Notes: a model not told the origin generated them from the letters alone. 34,452 bases of DNA from Candidatus Adlerbacteria bacterium (GCA_903915735.1 CAIWUA010000073.1:1-34452); one strand, 5' to 3'. Positions 24,833 to 32,474 are shown, counted from the stretch's first letter. Made by a program: numbers and translations.

Positions 24833-25290
24833 AATATTCGATTATAGTGGTAGGGCTACTTATGGCTGTAGTAGTAGCCTACGTGCTCTGGCCTAAAGAG
24901 GCACATACTATTTCTACTTCTTTTGCCCCTATCCCTGTTATGCGTACTATTACTGTTGGCACTACTGCGTTTAAAGTCGAGACTGTCGATACCGAAAGCT
25001 CGCGCGAGTTGGGGTTGAGCGGGCGCGCATCACTATCACAAGGGCAGGGGATGCTGTTTGTTTTTGACCATCCAGCCAACTGGGGTTTTTGGATGAAGGA
25101 TATGCACTTTGCTATCGATATTATTTTTATCGATACAAACGACGTAGCCACTACGATATATCGTAGTATCTCGCCAGACACGTACCCACAAGTTTTTTAT
25201 CCAAAAAACCCCGACACCAAGTATGTGCTCGAGGTTGCCGCCGGCGCCGCGGCAAGTATTGCCGAGGGGGATAAATTAGTGGTACAATAG
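24829..25290 (+). CDS. DUF192 family protein (COG1430-like), N-terminally membrane anchored
   Basis: GLSGRASLSQGQGMLFVFDHPANWGFWMKDMHFAIDIIFID...KYVLEVAAGAAASIAEGDKL matches the DUF192 signature. ATGA overlap with the upstream gene. GC is visibly lower than in neighbouring genes. Confidence 0.85.
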   Translation: MKYSIIVVGLLMAVVVAYVLWPKEAHTISTSFAPIPVMRTITVGTTAFKVETVDTESSRELGLSGRASLSQGQGMLFVFDHPANWGFWMKDMHFAIDIIFIDTNDVATTIYRSISPDTYPQVFYPKNPDTKYVLEVAAGAAASIAEGDKLVVQ

Positions 25291-25291
25291 T

Positions 25292-25597
25292 GTCAGCGCG
25301 TTGGGTTGCAACCCTGCCCTAAAAAGCAGGGAGGAAAGTCGGAACACTTACCCTGCAATAGTAATATTGAAGAGGGTTAAAAAGGTAGCAGGTAATGCCT
25401 GTCATGCGCTTCTAACGGGCGCAAGGGGTGCGAACAGAAACGACCCGGTTAAGTCCGGCTGAAACGGCTAAATCCCTATCCAAGTGCAAGGTCGTGCCTC
25501 GCGCAAGCGAGGAGTGCCGCTCGAGCCGCGCAGCGATGCGAGGCCCAGATAAATTGCAGCCTCAGACAGAATTCCGCTTACAGACGCGCGCGTTAGG
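25292..25597 (+). ncRNA. rnpB: RNase P RNA, bacterial type A (compact, about 305 nt; ends +/-10 nt)
   Basis: P4 5' strand GGGAGGAAAGTCGGAAC (about 25331-25347). GTGCGAACAGAAACGACCCGG. The 3' part GCTCGAGCCGCGCAGCGATGCGAGGCCCAGATAAATTGCAGCCTCAGACAGAATTCCGCTTACAG parallels E. coli M1 GCTTGAGCC...CCTAGATGAATGACTGTCCACGACAGAACCCGGCTTATCGG. P1 pairs GCGCGT (25297-25302) with ACGCGC (25584-25589). Confidence 0.88.
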
Positions 25598-25606
25598 AAT
25601 GTAGGG

Positions 25607-25629
25607 GCCCCGCTACCGCGGGGCTTTTG
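25607..25629 (+). terminator. Rho-independent terminator after rnpB
   Basis: GCCCCGC-tacc-GCGGGGC followed by TTTT. Confidence 0.7.
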
Positions 25630-25702
25630 CGTACTTGAGGCCAAGTAATCCACCTTTAATCCACACCTAGCCCCTTGAAGGCGCTGGGGTATACTTGGAG
25701 CT

Positions 25703-27919
25703 ATGAAATCCATTTTGTGGGCTCGTCGTGCGTATTTACTAGGAGTGGTTTTGGCTGTGGTTTTGTTTTTGCCGCAAACGTGGTTTCCACTCATGGCGGG
25801 CAAAATTACCGTCGTTGCGGTGTGCCTATTACTGGCGGGGGTGCTCTATTTGTGGAGCCGTTTGCAAGGGGCTGCCGAGCCTGTCCCGGGTGCCGCGCTT
25901 TTGTTGGCACTCTTGCCCATTACCTACGTGGCCTCCTTTTTGCTGTCTAGCAACCGCGCCGTTGGTCTTATAGGCACCGGCATCGAGACAGACACCCTGC
26001 TGTTTGTCACGCTGGCCTTTGTAGCTGCACTGCTCGGGTCGTTGTTGTTTCGCACCGGCGAGTCGGCCCGCCTGTTTGTGCGCACCCTATTTTTGACGTT
26101 TGGTTTTGTAGCACTCTTCCAGTGTGTGGTGCTTATCTTCGGCTTGCCGGGGCCGTTTACCGACCACTCGGTCAATCTCATCGGCAAATGGAACGATTTT
26201 GGCGCCTCGCTCATGGTGCTTGCGTTTATCCTCCTTATCGAGCTTGAGTTCGGCCACCTCTCTACGCTTATGCGCCGTCTCAGCGCCGCCTTGCTCGTGG
26301 TGGTGTTGGTGCTCCTTGGGGCGGTCAACTTTAATGTTGCGTGGGCAATGCTCTTGGTAGTGTCGCTTGCCTTCTTGGTCGTGCGCTGGCTGTCGGCGCG
26401 CAAGGTGGCTTGGGGTGCGCTGGTGGCGGGTGTGGTTGCGGGGGCCTTCCTCTTTTTTGGGGCGGCGCTTAACGCGCAGCTATCCAAGGTAATCCCGGTG
26501 ACCTCTCTCGAGATACGCCCGGCATTGCAGGCGACCTTCGACGTTACCACCGCAGCACACGGCGCCTCGGCCAAAAATGCGGCACTTGGTACCGGCCCCA
26601 ACACGTTTGGGTTGACGTGGCTTACCTACAAACCTTTGGCGGTTAACCAGTCGCAGTTCTGGAATCTCGACTTTACCGTCGGGTTTTCAACACTTGCGAC
26701 GGCGTTTAGTTCGGTCGGCCTGCTTGGTGCCATCATGTGGCTCCTGCCGGCGCTGCTCGTACTTTTTGGTTTGTGGCGCAATCGTAGCAACCAAGAGCAC
26801 CGCGTACTTTCGTGGACGGTCGCCGGCGTGGCGCTGCTGTTGTGGAGCGTCATCATCTTGTATGTCCCGAGCCCAGATGTGCTCTTGCTTGCGTTTGCCG
26901 CTGCAGGCGTAGCTATTGGTGTCCTGTGGCGCGGCGGTGTAGCTCTTTCGAACCGTGCTCTCTCGGCCGCGTTTATGATTGTCTTGTTTGCGCTTGTGGT
27001 GTGGACCGCCGGTACCAGCGTGCGCCGCGTCCTTGCCGAAAGTTACGTAGGGCAATCAACGGCCGCGCTCCAGGCAAACAACCTCGACTTGGCCCAATCG
27101 CTTGCCGCACGGTCGGTTGCTATCGAGCCCACCCCCGAGAACCTGCGCCTGTTGACCCAGGTAGACGCATCAAAACTCGCCGCGCTTGCCGCAGCGGCCA
27201 AGCCCGAGTCGCAACAAGCCTTTAAAGACTTGTTAAACAAGATAGTTGGGACAAGCGGCGCCAACGGTATCGGCCAGCAGTCTATCGCACTCGACCCGCA
27301 AGACTACCGCTCGTACTTGTCGCTTGCGCAGGTGTACGACTTTCTCGCTACTAACAAGGTCCAAGGCGCTTTCGAAAACGCAAAAGCCGCCTACCTTGCC
27401 GCCGCCAAACTTAGCCCGCTTAATCCATTGATCTGGCTCTCGCTTGCCAAGCTCGAGGCCTCGGTTGGTACGGTGCAGGGTGTCCAAGATGCGCTTAAGC
27501 AGTCGCTCACGCTCAAACCCGACTACACCGATGCGATACTCTTTTTGGCTCAAATAGACATCGCGCGCAACGACCTTGCCTCGGCCATCAAAGACACGCA
27601 AATAGCGGTGCAAACCGCGCCGGGGGTACCGTCTATCTGGCTCGAGTTGGGCCTGCTCTACTACGCGGGCGGGGATGCTAAAGATGCTATTGCACCGCTC
27701 GAACAGGCGCTCAAGCTCCAGCCCGACTATGCCAATGCACAGTACTTCCTGGCTGTCTCGTACGCTGCACAGGGTCGCACCCAAGATGCACTAACACTCT
27801 TTGAGCGCTTGGCACAAACCAACCCGGACAGCGCCGAGGTAAAGGCCGCTATTGCTAACATGCAAGCCGGTCGCCAGCCGCTCGACGACGGTACCAAAAA
27901 GGCCGCTGCCAAAAAGTAG
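25703..27919 (+). CDS. Polytopic membrane protein with C-terminal TPR repeats (738 aa). An O-antigen-ligase/Wzy-like glycan polymerase family is suspected but not verified
   Basis: About 10-12 hydrophobic helices over the first 450 aa or so. TPR-like repeats follow (YRSYLSLAQVYDF..., PDYTDAILFLAQIDIARNDL, PSIWLELGLLYYAGGDAKDAIAPLEQALKLQPDYANAQYFLAVSYAAQGRTQDALTLFERLAQTNP). GGAG lies 3 nt before the ATG. Confidence 0.8.
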   Translation: MKSILWARRAYLLGVVLAVVLFLPQTWFPLMAGKITVVAVCLLLAGVLYLWSRLQGAAEPVPGAALLLALLPITYVASFLLSSNRAVGLIGTGIETDTLLFVTLAFVAALLGSLLFRTGESARLFVRTLFLTFGFVALFQCVVLIFGLPGPFTDHSVNLIGKWNDFGASLMVLAFILLIELEFGHLSTLMRRLSAALLVVVLVLLGAVNFNVAWAMLLVVSLAFLVVRWLSARKVAWGALVAGVVAGAFLFFGAALNAQLSKVIPVTSLEIRPALQATFDVTTAAHGASAKNAALGTGPNTFGLTWLTYKPLAVNQSQFWNLDFTVGFSTLATAFSSVGLLGAIMWLLPALLVLFGLWRNRSNQEHRVLSWTVAGVALLLWSVIILYVPSPDVLLLAFAAAGVAIGVLWRGGVALSNRALSAAFMIVLFALVVWTAGTSVRRVLAESYVGQSTAALQANNLDLAQSLAARSVAIEPTPENLRLLTQVDASKLAALAAAAKPESQQAFKDLLNKIVGTSGANGIGQQSIALDPQDYRSYLSLAQVYDFLATNKVQGAFENAKAAYLAAAKLSPLNPLIWLSLAKLEASVGTVQGVQDALKQSLTLKPDYTDAILFLAQIDIARNDLASAIKDTQIAVQTAPGVPSIWLELGLLYYAGGDAKDAIAPLEQALKLQPDYANAQYFLAVSYAAQGRTQDALTLFERLAQTNPDSAEVKAAIANMQAGRQPLDDGTKKAAAKK

Positions 27920-27924
27920 GCCCT

Positions 27925-29607
27925 ATGGTACGGGCTTTCCTATCCGCGGTCGGTAAAGAGATCCGAGGCATGCACGAGGCCGCCTACTTGTTGGCGGCCT
28001 TTGCGCTCTTAAGTCAGCTGCTCGCGTTGGTGCGTGACCGATTGTTAGCGGCATCCTTTGGGGCAGGGCACACGCTCGACCTGTACTACGCGGCGTTTCG
28101 GATACCGGACTTCTTGTTTGCGACCGTGGCGTCGTTGTTGTCGTTGTATGCGCTTTTGCCGGTGCTGTCGCGGCTCGAGCGCGAGCATCCGGGGCTGGTT
28201 ATATCGTTTATGCGGCAGGCACTGCTGTGGTTTTTTGTCACGATGGCGCTTGTCTCCGGTGTGATATTTATTTTTGCACCGGCGTTTGTGGCGCTTGCCG
28301 CGCCCGGTCTGTTTGCAAGCGATGGGGCACACCTGGTGTTTTTGACGCGCATTCTCTTGTTGCAGCCAATACTCATCGGATGCAGCAACATACTGTCTAA
28401 CCTCACCCAGCTGCGCAACCGTTTTGTGCTCTACTCGGTATCACCTCTCTTGTACAACCTTGGGATTATTTTTGGCATCATATTTTTATATCCGCGCATG
28501 GGCGTGGTGGGGCTGGCGTGGGGCGTGGTGGTGGGCGCGTTTTTGCACATGATGGTGCAGGTGCCGTTTTTTACTGCCGAAAAGGCCTCAGCGAATTTGC
28601 CCTGGCGGCAGTCCTTGCGCTACCTGCGCGAGGTGCTTGCACTCTCGGTACCGCGCACGCTCTCGCTTGGCGCTAACCAAATATCATTGTTTGTATTAAC
28701 CGCGTTTGCCTCGCTGTTGTCGGTGGGGTCTATCTCGGTGTTTATGTTTGCGTGGAACCTGCAAGCCGTGCCGCTTACTATTATTGGCGTGTCATACTCG
28801 GTGGCGGCATTCCCCACACTGTCGCGCCTGTTTGCCGGCGGGTCAACGCGCGAGTTTGTGTCGCACGTCGAGACAGCCCTGCGGCACGTGATGTTTTGGG
28901 CTATCCCCGCAACTGTGCTTACCATCGTGCTGCGCGCGCAGCTGGTACGCGTAATACTCGGCAGCGGCGAGTTTGACTGGTCGGCCACCAGGCTGGTGGC
29001 TGCGGCGCTGGCGCTCTTGGTGGTGTCGCTGTTAGCACAGTCTGCAACACTCTTGATAGCTCGCGCGTACTATGCGGCGGGCAACACGCGCAAACCTTTT
29101 TACTTTGCGCTTGTCGACGTCGCGGTCTCGGTGGGCGGCGCTATTGTGTTTGCAAGCCTCTTTCATGAGAGCCCATTCTTTCGCTATTTTCTTGAGTCGT
29201 TGCTGCGCGTCTCGGACCTCTCGGGTACGACCGTGCTCACGCTGGCGCTGGGGCTTGCGCTTGGCTCGATAGCCGAGGGTTGGATAGCGATGTGGGCATT
29301 TTCTAAAGACTTTCAACTCCTCGGCGGGGGCGGGTTGTGGCGGTTGTCGTTTCAGAGTTTTGCGGCGTCGGTCATTGGCGGCGGCTGTGCCTATTTGGTG
29401 CTTAGCCTAACGGGGCTGTACGTCAACATCAACACCGCGGTGGGCGTGTTTGTACAGGGGTTTGCGGGTGGGGTAGTGGGGCTTGGGGTCACGGTGCTGG
29501 TGCTGTGGCTGCTTAAGACTCCCGAGTTGTACGAAGTGTTGGGAGCCTTTGCCCGCAAGTTCCGAGACGCCGAGCCGGTCGCCCTCGAACCCTCCGACAT
29601 CTCGTAA
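27925..29607 (+). CDS. murJ: Lipid II flippase MurJ (MviN family)
   Basis: N-terminus LLSQLLALVRDRLLAASFGAGHTLDLYYAAFRIPDFLF is the MurJ signature. About 14 TM segments, 560 aa. Confidence 0.88.
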   Translation: MVRAFLSAVGKEIRGMHEAAYLLAAFALLSQLLALVRDRLLAASFGAGHTLDLYYAAFRIPDFLFATVASLLSLYALLPVLSRLEREHPGLVISFMRQALLWFFVTMALVSGVIFIFAPAFVALAAPGLFASDGAHLVFLTRILLLQPILIGCSNILSNLTQLRNRFVLYSVSPLLYNLGIIFGIIFLYPRMGVVGLAWGVVVGAFLHMMVQVPFFTAEKASANLPWRQSLRYLREVLALSVPRTLSLGANQISLFVLTAFASLLSVGSISVFMFAWNLQAVPLTIIGVSYSVAAFPTLSRLFAGGSTREFVSHVETALRHVMFWAIPATVLTIVLRAQLVRVILGSGEFDWSATRLVAAALALLVVSLLAQSATLLIARAYYAAGNTRKPFYFALVDVAVSVGGAIVFASLFHESPFFRYFLESLLRVSDLSGTTVLTLALGLALGSIAEGWIAMWAFSKDFQLLGGGGLWRLSFQSFAASVIGGGCAYLVLSLTGLYVNINTAVGVFVQGFAGGVVGLGVTVLVLWLLKTPELYEVLGAFARKFRDAEPVALEPSDIS

Positions 29608-29610
29608 TAA

Positions 29611-29645
29611 AAAAGAAACCCCGCAAGAAGCGCGGGGCTTCTTCG
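29611..29645. terminator. Shared (bidirectional) intrinsic terminator between the convergent murJ and the minus-strand small gene
   Basis: CCCCGC-aagaagc-GCGGGG. On the minus strand the hairpin is followed by TTTCTTTTTTATT (strong). On the plus strand it is followed only by CTTCTT (weak). Confidence 0.7.
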
Positions 29646-29658
29646 GGGTCGTCGAGCT

Positions 29659-29895
29659 TCAGAAAAGCTCGGGGTACTTGGTCTTAATCTCTTGGTAGTG
29701 AATCTTCGCTTCTTCATGCTTGCCCTGGACCAGGTCGAGGTCGAGGACAGCAACACTGAGGCCGCACATCGTTGCACGGATGGCACTGCTCAGCGAGTCA
29801 CATTTGGTATAGAGGGCCTTGATTTCGTCCTGCCATCCAGCTTGCGCCGGAATGGAGACAAGGATGATGGCGATAGCAAATGCAAACCTGCGCAT
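29659..29895 (-). CDS. Small secreted hypothetical protein (78 aa), the only confident minus-strand CDS in the window
   Basis: Signal peptide MRRFAFAIAIILVSIPAQAG. The mature part is about 58 aa with two Cys. A consensus SD GGAGG lies 5 nt upstream of the ATG. A consensus promoter and a strong terminator flank it. Confidence 0.75.
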   Translation of the reverse strand: MRRFAFAIAIILVSIPAQAGWQDEIKALYTKCDSLSSAIRATMCGLSVAVLDLDLVQGKHEEAKIHYQEIKTKYPELF

Positions 29896-29944
29896 GAGAT
29901 CCTCCCAAAAGCGCTATGAAACAGAACTGCGAACTTCATCCTTA

Positions 29945-29981
29945 AGTATACACCCAAACAACAGATTTGTCAAGGTGTCAA
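29945..29981 (-). promoter_or_regulatory. Near-consensus sigma70 promoter for the 78-aa gene: TTGACA (29973-29968), 17 nt, TATACT (29950-29945). A second tandem TTGACA lies at 29981-29976
   Basis: The minus strand reads TTTGACACCTTGACAAATCTGTTGTTTGGGTGTATACT. Confidence 0.6.
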
Positions 29982-30037
29982 ATGGGGGCTTAAAATAAGG
30001 GGGAATTTCCTCTAGGTTAGAGGAGGTTAAAATTCAC

Positions 30038-30073
30038 TTGCGCGACAACTGCAAAAAGATATGATAATATCAT
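30038..30073 (+). promoter_or_regulatory. Putative toxin-antitoxin promoter (TTGCGC, then extended -10 TGATAATAT at 30062-70 or TATGAT at 30060-65) overlapping the 13-bp palindrome ATGATAATATCAT (30061-30073), a likely operator
   Basis: Read directly from the sequence. The antitoxin ATG (30080) is 9 nt after the -10 and has no SD, so the mRNA is leaderless or has a very short leader. Confidence 0.45.
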
Positions 30074-30079
30074 ACTTAT

Positions 30080-30289
30080 ATGACTACTATATCTATACCT
30101 ATCACTGCCGAGCAGGAAAAGTTTATCCGCTCGTATATCAAAGAGGGTAAAGCCGAGAACAAGGCCCAAGTGGTACGCCGGGCGCTCGCCAAGATGGCCG
30201 AAGACGAAGCCGTCGAGGCCGTCTTGCGCGCACAAACAGAGCCGTTGCTTAAGGGCGACATCCGCACACTGATGCGCAAGTTTAAGTAG
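30080..30289 (+). CDS. Type II antitoxin, ribbon-helix-helix (CopG/ParD-like), 69 aa
   Basis: MTTISIPITAEQEKFIRSYIKEGKAENKAQVVRRALAKMAEDEA shows a beta-strand/helix/helix RHH pattern. It lies 4 nt upstream of a RelE/ParE-type toxin gene. Confidence 0.75.
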   Translation: MTTISIPITAEQEKFIRSYIKEGKAENKAQVVRRALAKMAEDEAVEAVLRAQTEPLLKGDIRTLMRKFK

Positions 30290-30293
30290 TCCT

Positions 30294-30557
30294 ATGGAGA
30301 TAGGATATCGCCCAAGCTTCGTACGCCAACTCAAGACTCTCGAGTATGGGTTGCGCCAAGAAGCGATAGAGGCAATAGAACAGTTTAAAGATCCAAAAAA
30401 TCATCGTATCTTGCGCGTACACGCGTTGCGAGGCAAACTCAAAGGACTTCATAGTTTTTCGGTAAACTATAAGTACCGGATAGTGTTCGGGTGGGTGGGA
30501 AAGGGCAAAACTCTGGCTGCTCTTATCGCCATAGGAGATCACGACGTATATCGATGA
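30294..30557 (+). CDS. Type II toxin, RelE/ParE superfamily, 87 aa
   Basis: F..QLK.L......AIEAIEQF..DP.....RVHALRGKLKGLHSFSVNYKYRIVF......ALIAIGDHDVYR is the classic RelE/ParE-fold motif (H.L.G.L.G..S..V....RI.F......L..IG.HD.Y). Confidence 0.8.
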   Translation: MEIGYRPSFVRQLKTLEYGLRQEAIEAIEQFKDPKNHRILRVHALRGKLKGLHSFSVNYKYRIVFGWVGKGKTLAALIAIGDHDVYR

Positions 30558-32356
30558 ACAAAATAAGAAACTTTAGTATCATCGCCCACATCGACCACGG
30601 CAAGTCTACGCTTGCCGACCGGTTTTTAGAGGCTACCCACACCATCGAAAAGCGCAAAATGCGCGAGCAGGTTTTGGACTCGATGGAGCTCGAGCGCGAG
30701 CGCGGGATTACCATTAAAATGCAGCCGGTGCGTATGGAGTATCAGGGGTACATACTCAACCTTATCGACACACCGGGGCACATCGACTTTAGCTACGAGG
30801 TCAGCCGCGCCTTAACCGCCGTTGAGGGCGCTATATTGCTCGTTGATGCCACGCAGGGCGTACAGGCGCAAACTTTAACCACCCTGCGCAGCGCGCGCGA
30901 GCAGGGGCTCGTCATAATCCCCGCTATATCTAAAATAGATTCGCCACTCGCCAATATTGCCGACGTGCAGACACAGGTGGCATCGCTGCTCGACATCGAC
31001 GAGAGCGAGATACTCTTGTGCTCGGGCCGCACCGGCGAGGGGATCGAAGGGTTGTTGGCGGCGGTGATTGAGCGTGTGCCGCCCCCGAAAACCGGCGGGA
31101 CAAAACTTATTGAACGGGAGCAAGTTTTGTCCCAGCTACCGCGCGCGCTTATTTTTGACTTTCAGTATTCCGACCATCAGGGCGTTATTGTGTACTTTCG
31201 TATGTTCGAGGGCGCTGTTAAAAAAGGCGACGCGCTCGAGTTTGCCGCAAGCGGCCGCAAGTTTGCTGCGCTCGAGGTCGGCACGTTTAGCCCGGCGCCC
31301 AAACCCGCGCACTCTATTGGCGCGGGCGAAATAGGCTACATGGTCACCGGTATCAAAGAGCCGGGGCTTGCGCGCGTGGGCGACACGGTGCGTGCGCGCG
31401 GTTCGAACTCCTCACCACTCGAGGGCTATGCCGAGCCCAAGCCGGTGGTGTGGGCGTCGCTTTACCCCGAGTCGCAAGACGACTTTACCGCGCTGCGCCA
31501 GGCACTGCAGCGGTTGCGGCTCAGCGACTCGTCGCTCTCGTTTGAGGAAGAGTCGTCAGGCGTGCTGGGGCGCGGCTTTAGATGCGGCATGCTCGGGATG
31601 CTGCACCTCGAGATTGTGACCGAGCGCCTGCGTCGCGAGGCCAACCTGAGTTTGATAGTCACGACGCCGAGCATCGAGTATGAGGTCGAGACCAAGGGCG
31701 GCAAGCGTGTGAGCGTCTACTCGGCGCCTCAATTCCCCGAGCATGGCTTGATAGCGCAGGTGTGGGAGCCGTTTGTCGAGGTCGAGATTATTTTGCCGTC
31801 CGAGTATTTGGGCAACACGGTGACGCTTTTGTTTGAGCACGAGGCCGTGACCGAAAAGACAGAAAACTTTTCAGAGGCGCGCATCAAGTTGACGGTCGTA
31901 ATGCCGCTGCGCGAGCTGATGCGCAACTTTTTTGACAAGATAAAGAGCGCCACCTCGGGCTATGCATCTGTGTCGTACCAAATGCGCGAGCTGCGCGTGG
32001 CCGACGTGGCGCGGCTCGACATATTGGTGGCCGACGAGCTGGTACCGGCCTTCTCGCGTATTGTGGCGAGGCACCGCGTCGACGAAGAGGCTATTGCTGC
32101 AGTCGAAAAGCTGTATAAAATACTCCCGCGGCAGATGTTTAGCACTAAAATCCAAGGCCAAGCGCTCGGGCGCATAGTCTCGAGCCGCACACTCTCGGCT
32201 ATGAGCAAAAATGTTACCCAGCACATGTACGGCGGCGACATCACCCGCAAGATGAAGCTGCGCGAAAAGCAGAAAAAGGGTAAGGCTAAAATGAAAGAGC
32301 GCGGCAAAGTCAACATCCCCGAGGACGTCTTTTTAAAGATGGTCAAAAGCGACTAA
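30554..32356 (+). CDS. lepA: Elongation factor 4 (LepA)
   Basis: MNKIRNFSIIAHIDHGKSTLADRFLE, DTPGHIDFSYEVSR and the C-terminal LepA-specific region ...KQKKGKAKMKERGKVNIPEDVF. 600 aa. The ATG overlaps the toxin stop (ATGA at 30554-30557). Confidence 0.95.
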   Translation: MNKIRNFSIIAHIDHGKSTLADRFLEATHTIEKRKMREQVLDSMELERERGITIKMQPVRMEYQGYILNLIDTPGHIDFSYEVSRALTAVEGAILLVDATQGVQAQTLTTLRSAREQGLVIIPAISKIDSPLANIADVQTQVASLLDIDESEILLCSGRTGEGIEGLLAAVIERVPPPKTGGTKLIEREQVLSQLPRALIFDFQYSDHQGVIVYFRMFEGAVKKGDALEFAASGRKFAALEVGTFSPAPKPAHSIGAGEIGYMVTGIKEPGLARVGDTVRARGSNSSPLEGYAEPKPVVWASLYPESQDDFTALRQALQRLRLSDSSLSFEEESSGVLGRGFRCGMLGMLHLEIVTERLRREANLSLIVTTPSIEYEVETKGGKRVSVYSAPQFPEHGLIAQVWEPFVEVEIILPSEYLGNTVTLLFEHEAVTEKTENFSEARIKLTVVMPLRELMRNFFDKIKSATSGYASVSYQMRELRVADVARLDILVADELVPAFSRIVARHRVDEEAIAAVEKLYKILPRQMFSTKIQGQALGRIVSSRTLSAMSKNVTQHMYGGDITRKMKLREKQKKGKAKMKERGKVNIPEDVFLKMVKSD

Positions 32357-32474
32357 GCTAGAGCAAAATCGAGAAGTAGGCGAAGATCATCGAGGCTATC
32401 ACCACCACGGCCAAGAGGCCCCCAAAGATACGGGTGTTGCGGTCGCGGTTTTTGCCAAACAGGTCAAACATGCC

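Noticed and set aside
2714-25290. The idea that the 22-kb locus is an integrated mobile island or prophage at tRNA-Ser.
   Set aside because: I found no integrase, transposase, phage structural or replication genes, and by eye no direct repeat of the tRNA-Ser 3' end downstream. The GC of the giant gene looks like that of the flanks. Only the S74 fibre domain is phage-like.
25468-25803. A 111-aa minus-strand ORF, plus the + ORF at 25675-25950, around the rnpB / membrane-protein start.
   Set aside because: The minus ORF overlaps the conserved 3' half of RNase P RNA and its terminator. The + ORF is out of frame with the convincing 738-aa membrane protein.
25924-26604. A 226-aa minus-strand ORF inside the Wzy-like membrane protein gene.
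   Set aside because: It is antisense to a frame with regular TM-helix periodicity. Its Ser/Thr/Ala/Arg-rich composition is typical of a spurious frame.
30491-30553. The upstream extension of lepA (MGGKGQNSGCSYRHRRSRRIS) overlapping the toxin gene.
   Set aside because: LepA proteins start right at the G1 motif region (MNKIRNFSIIAHIDHGKST). The extension lies in the toxin coding region in another frame.
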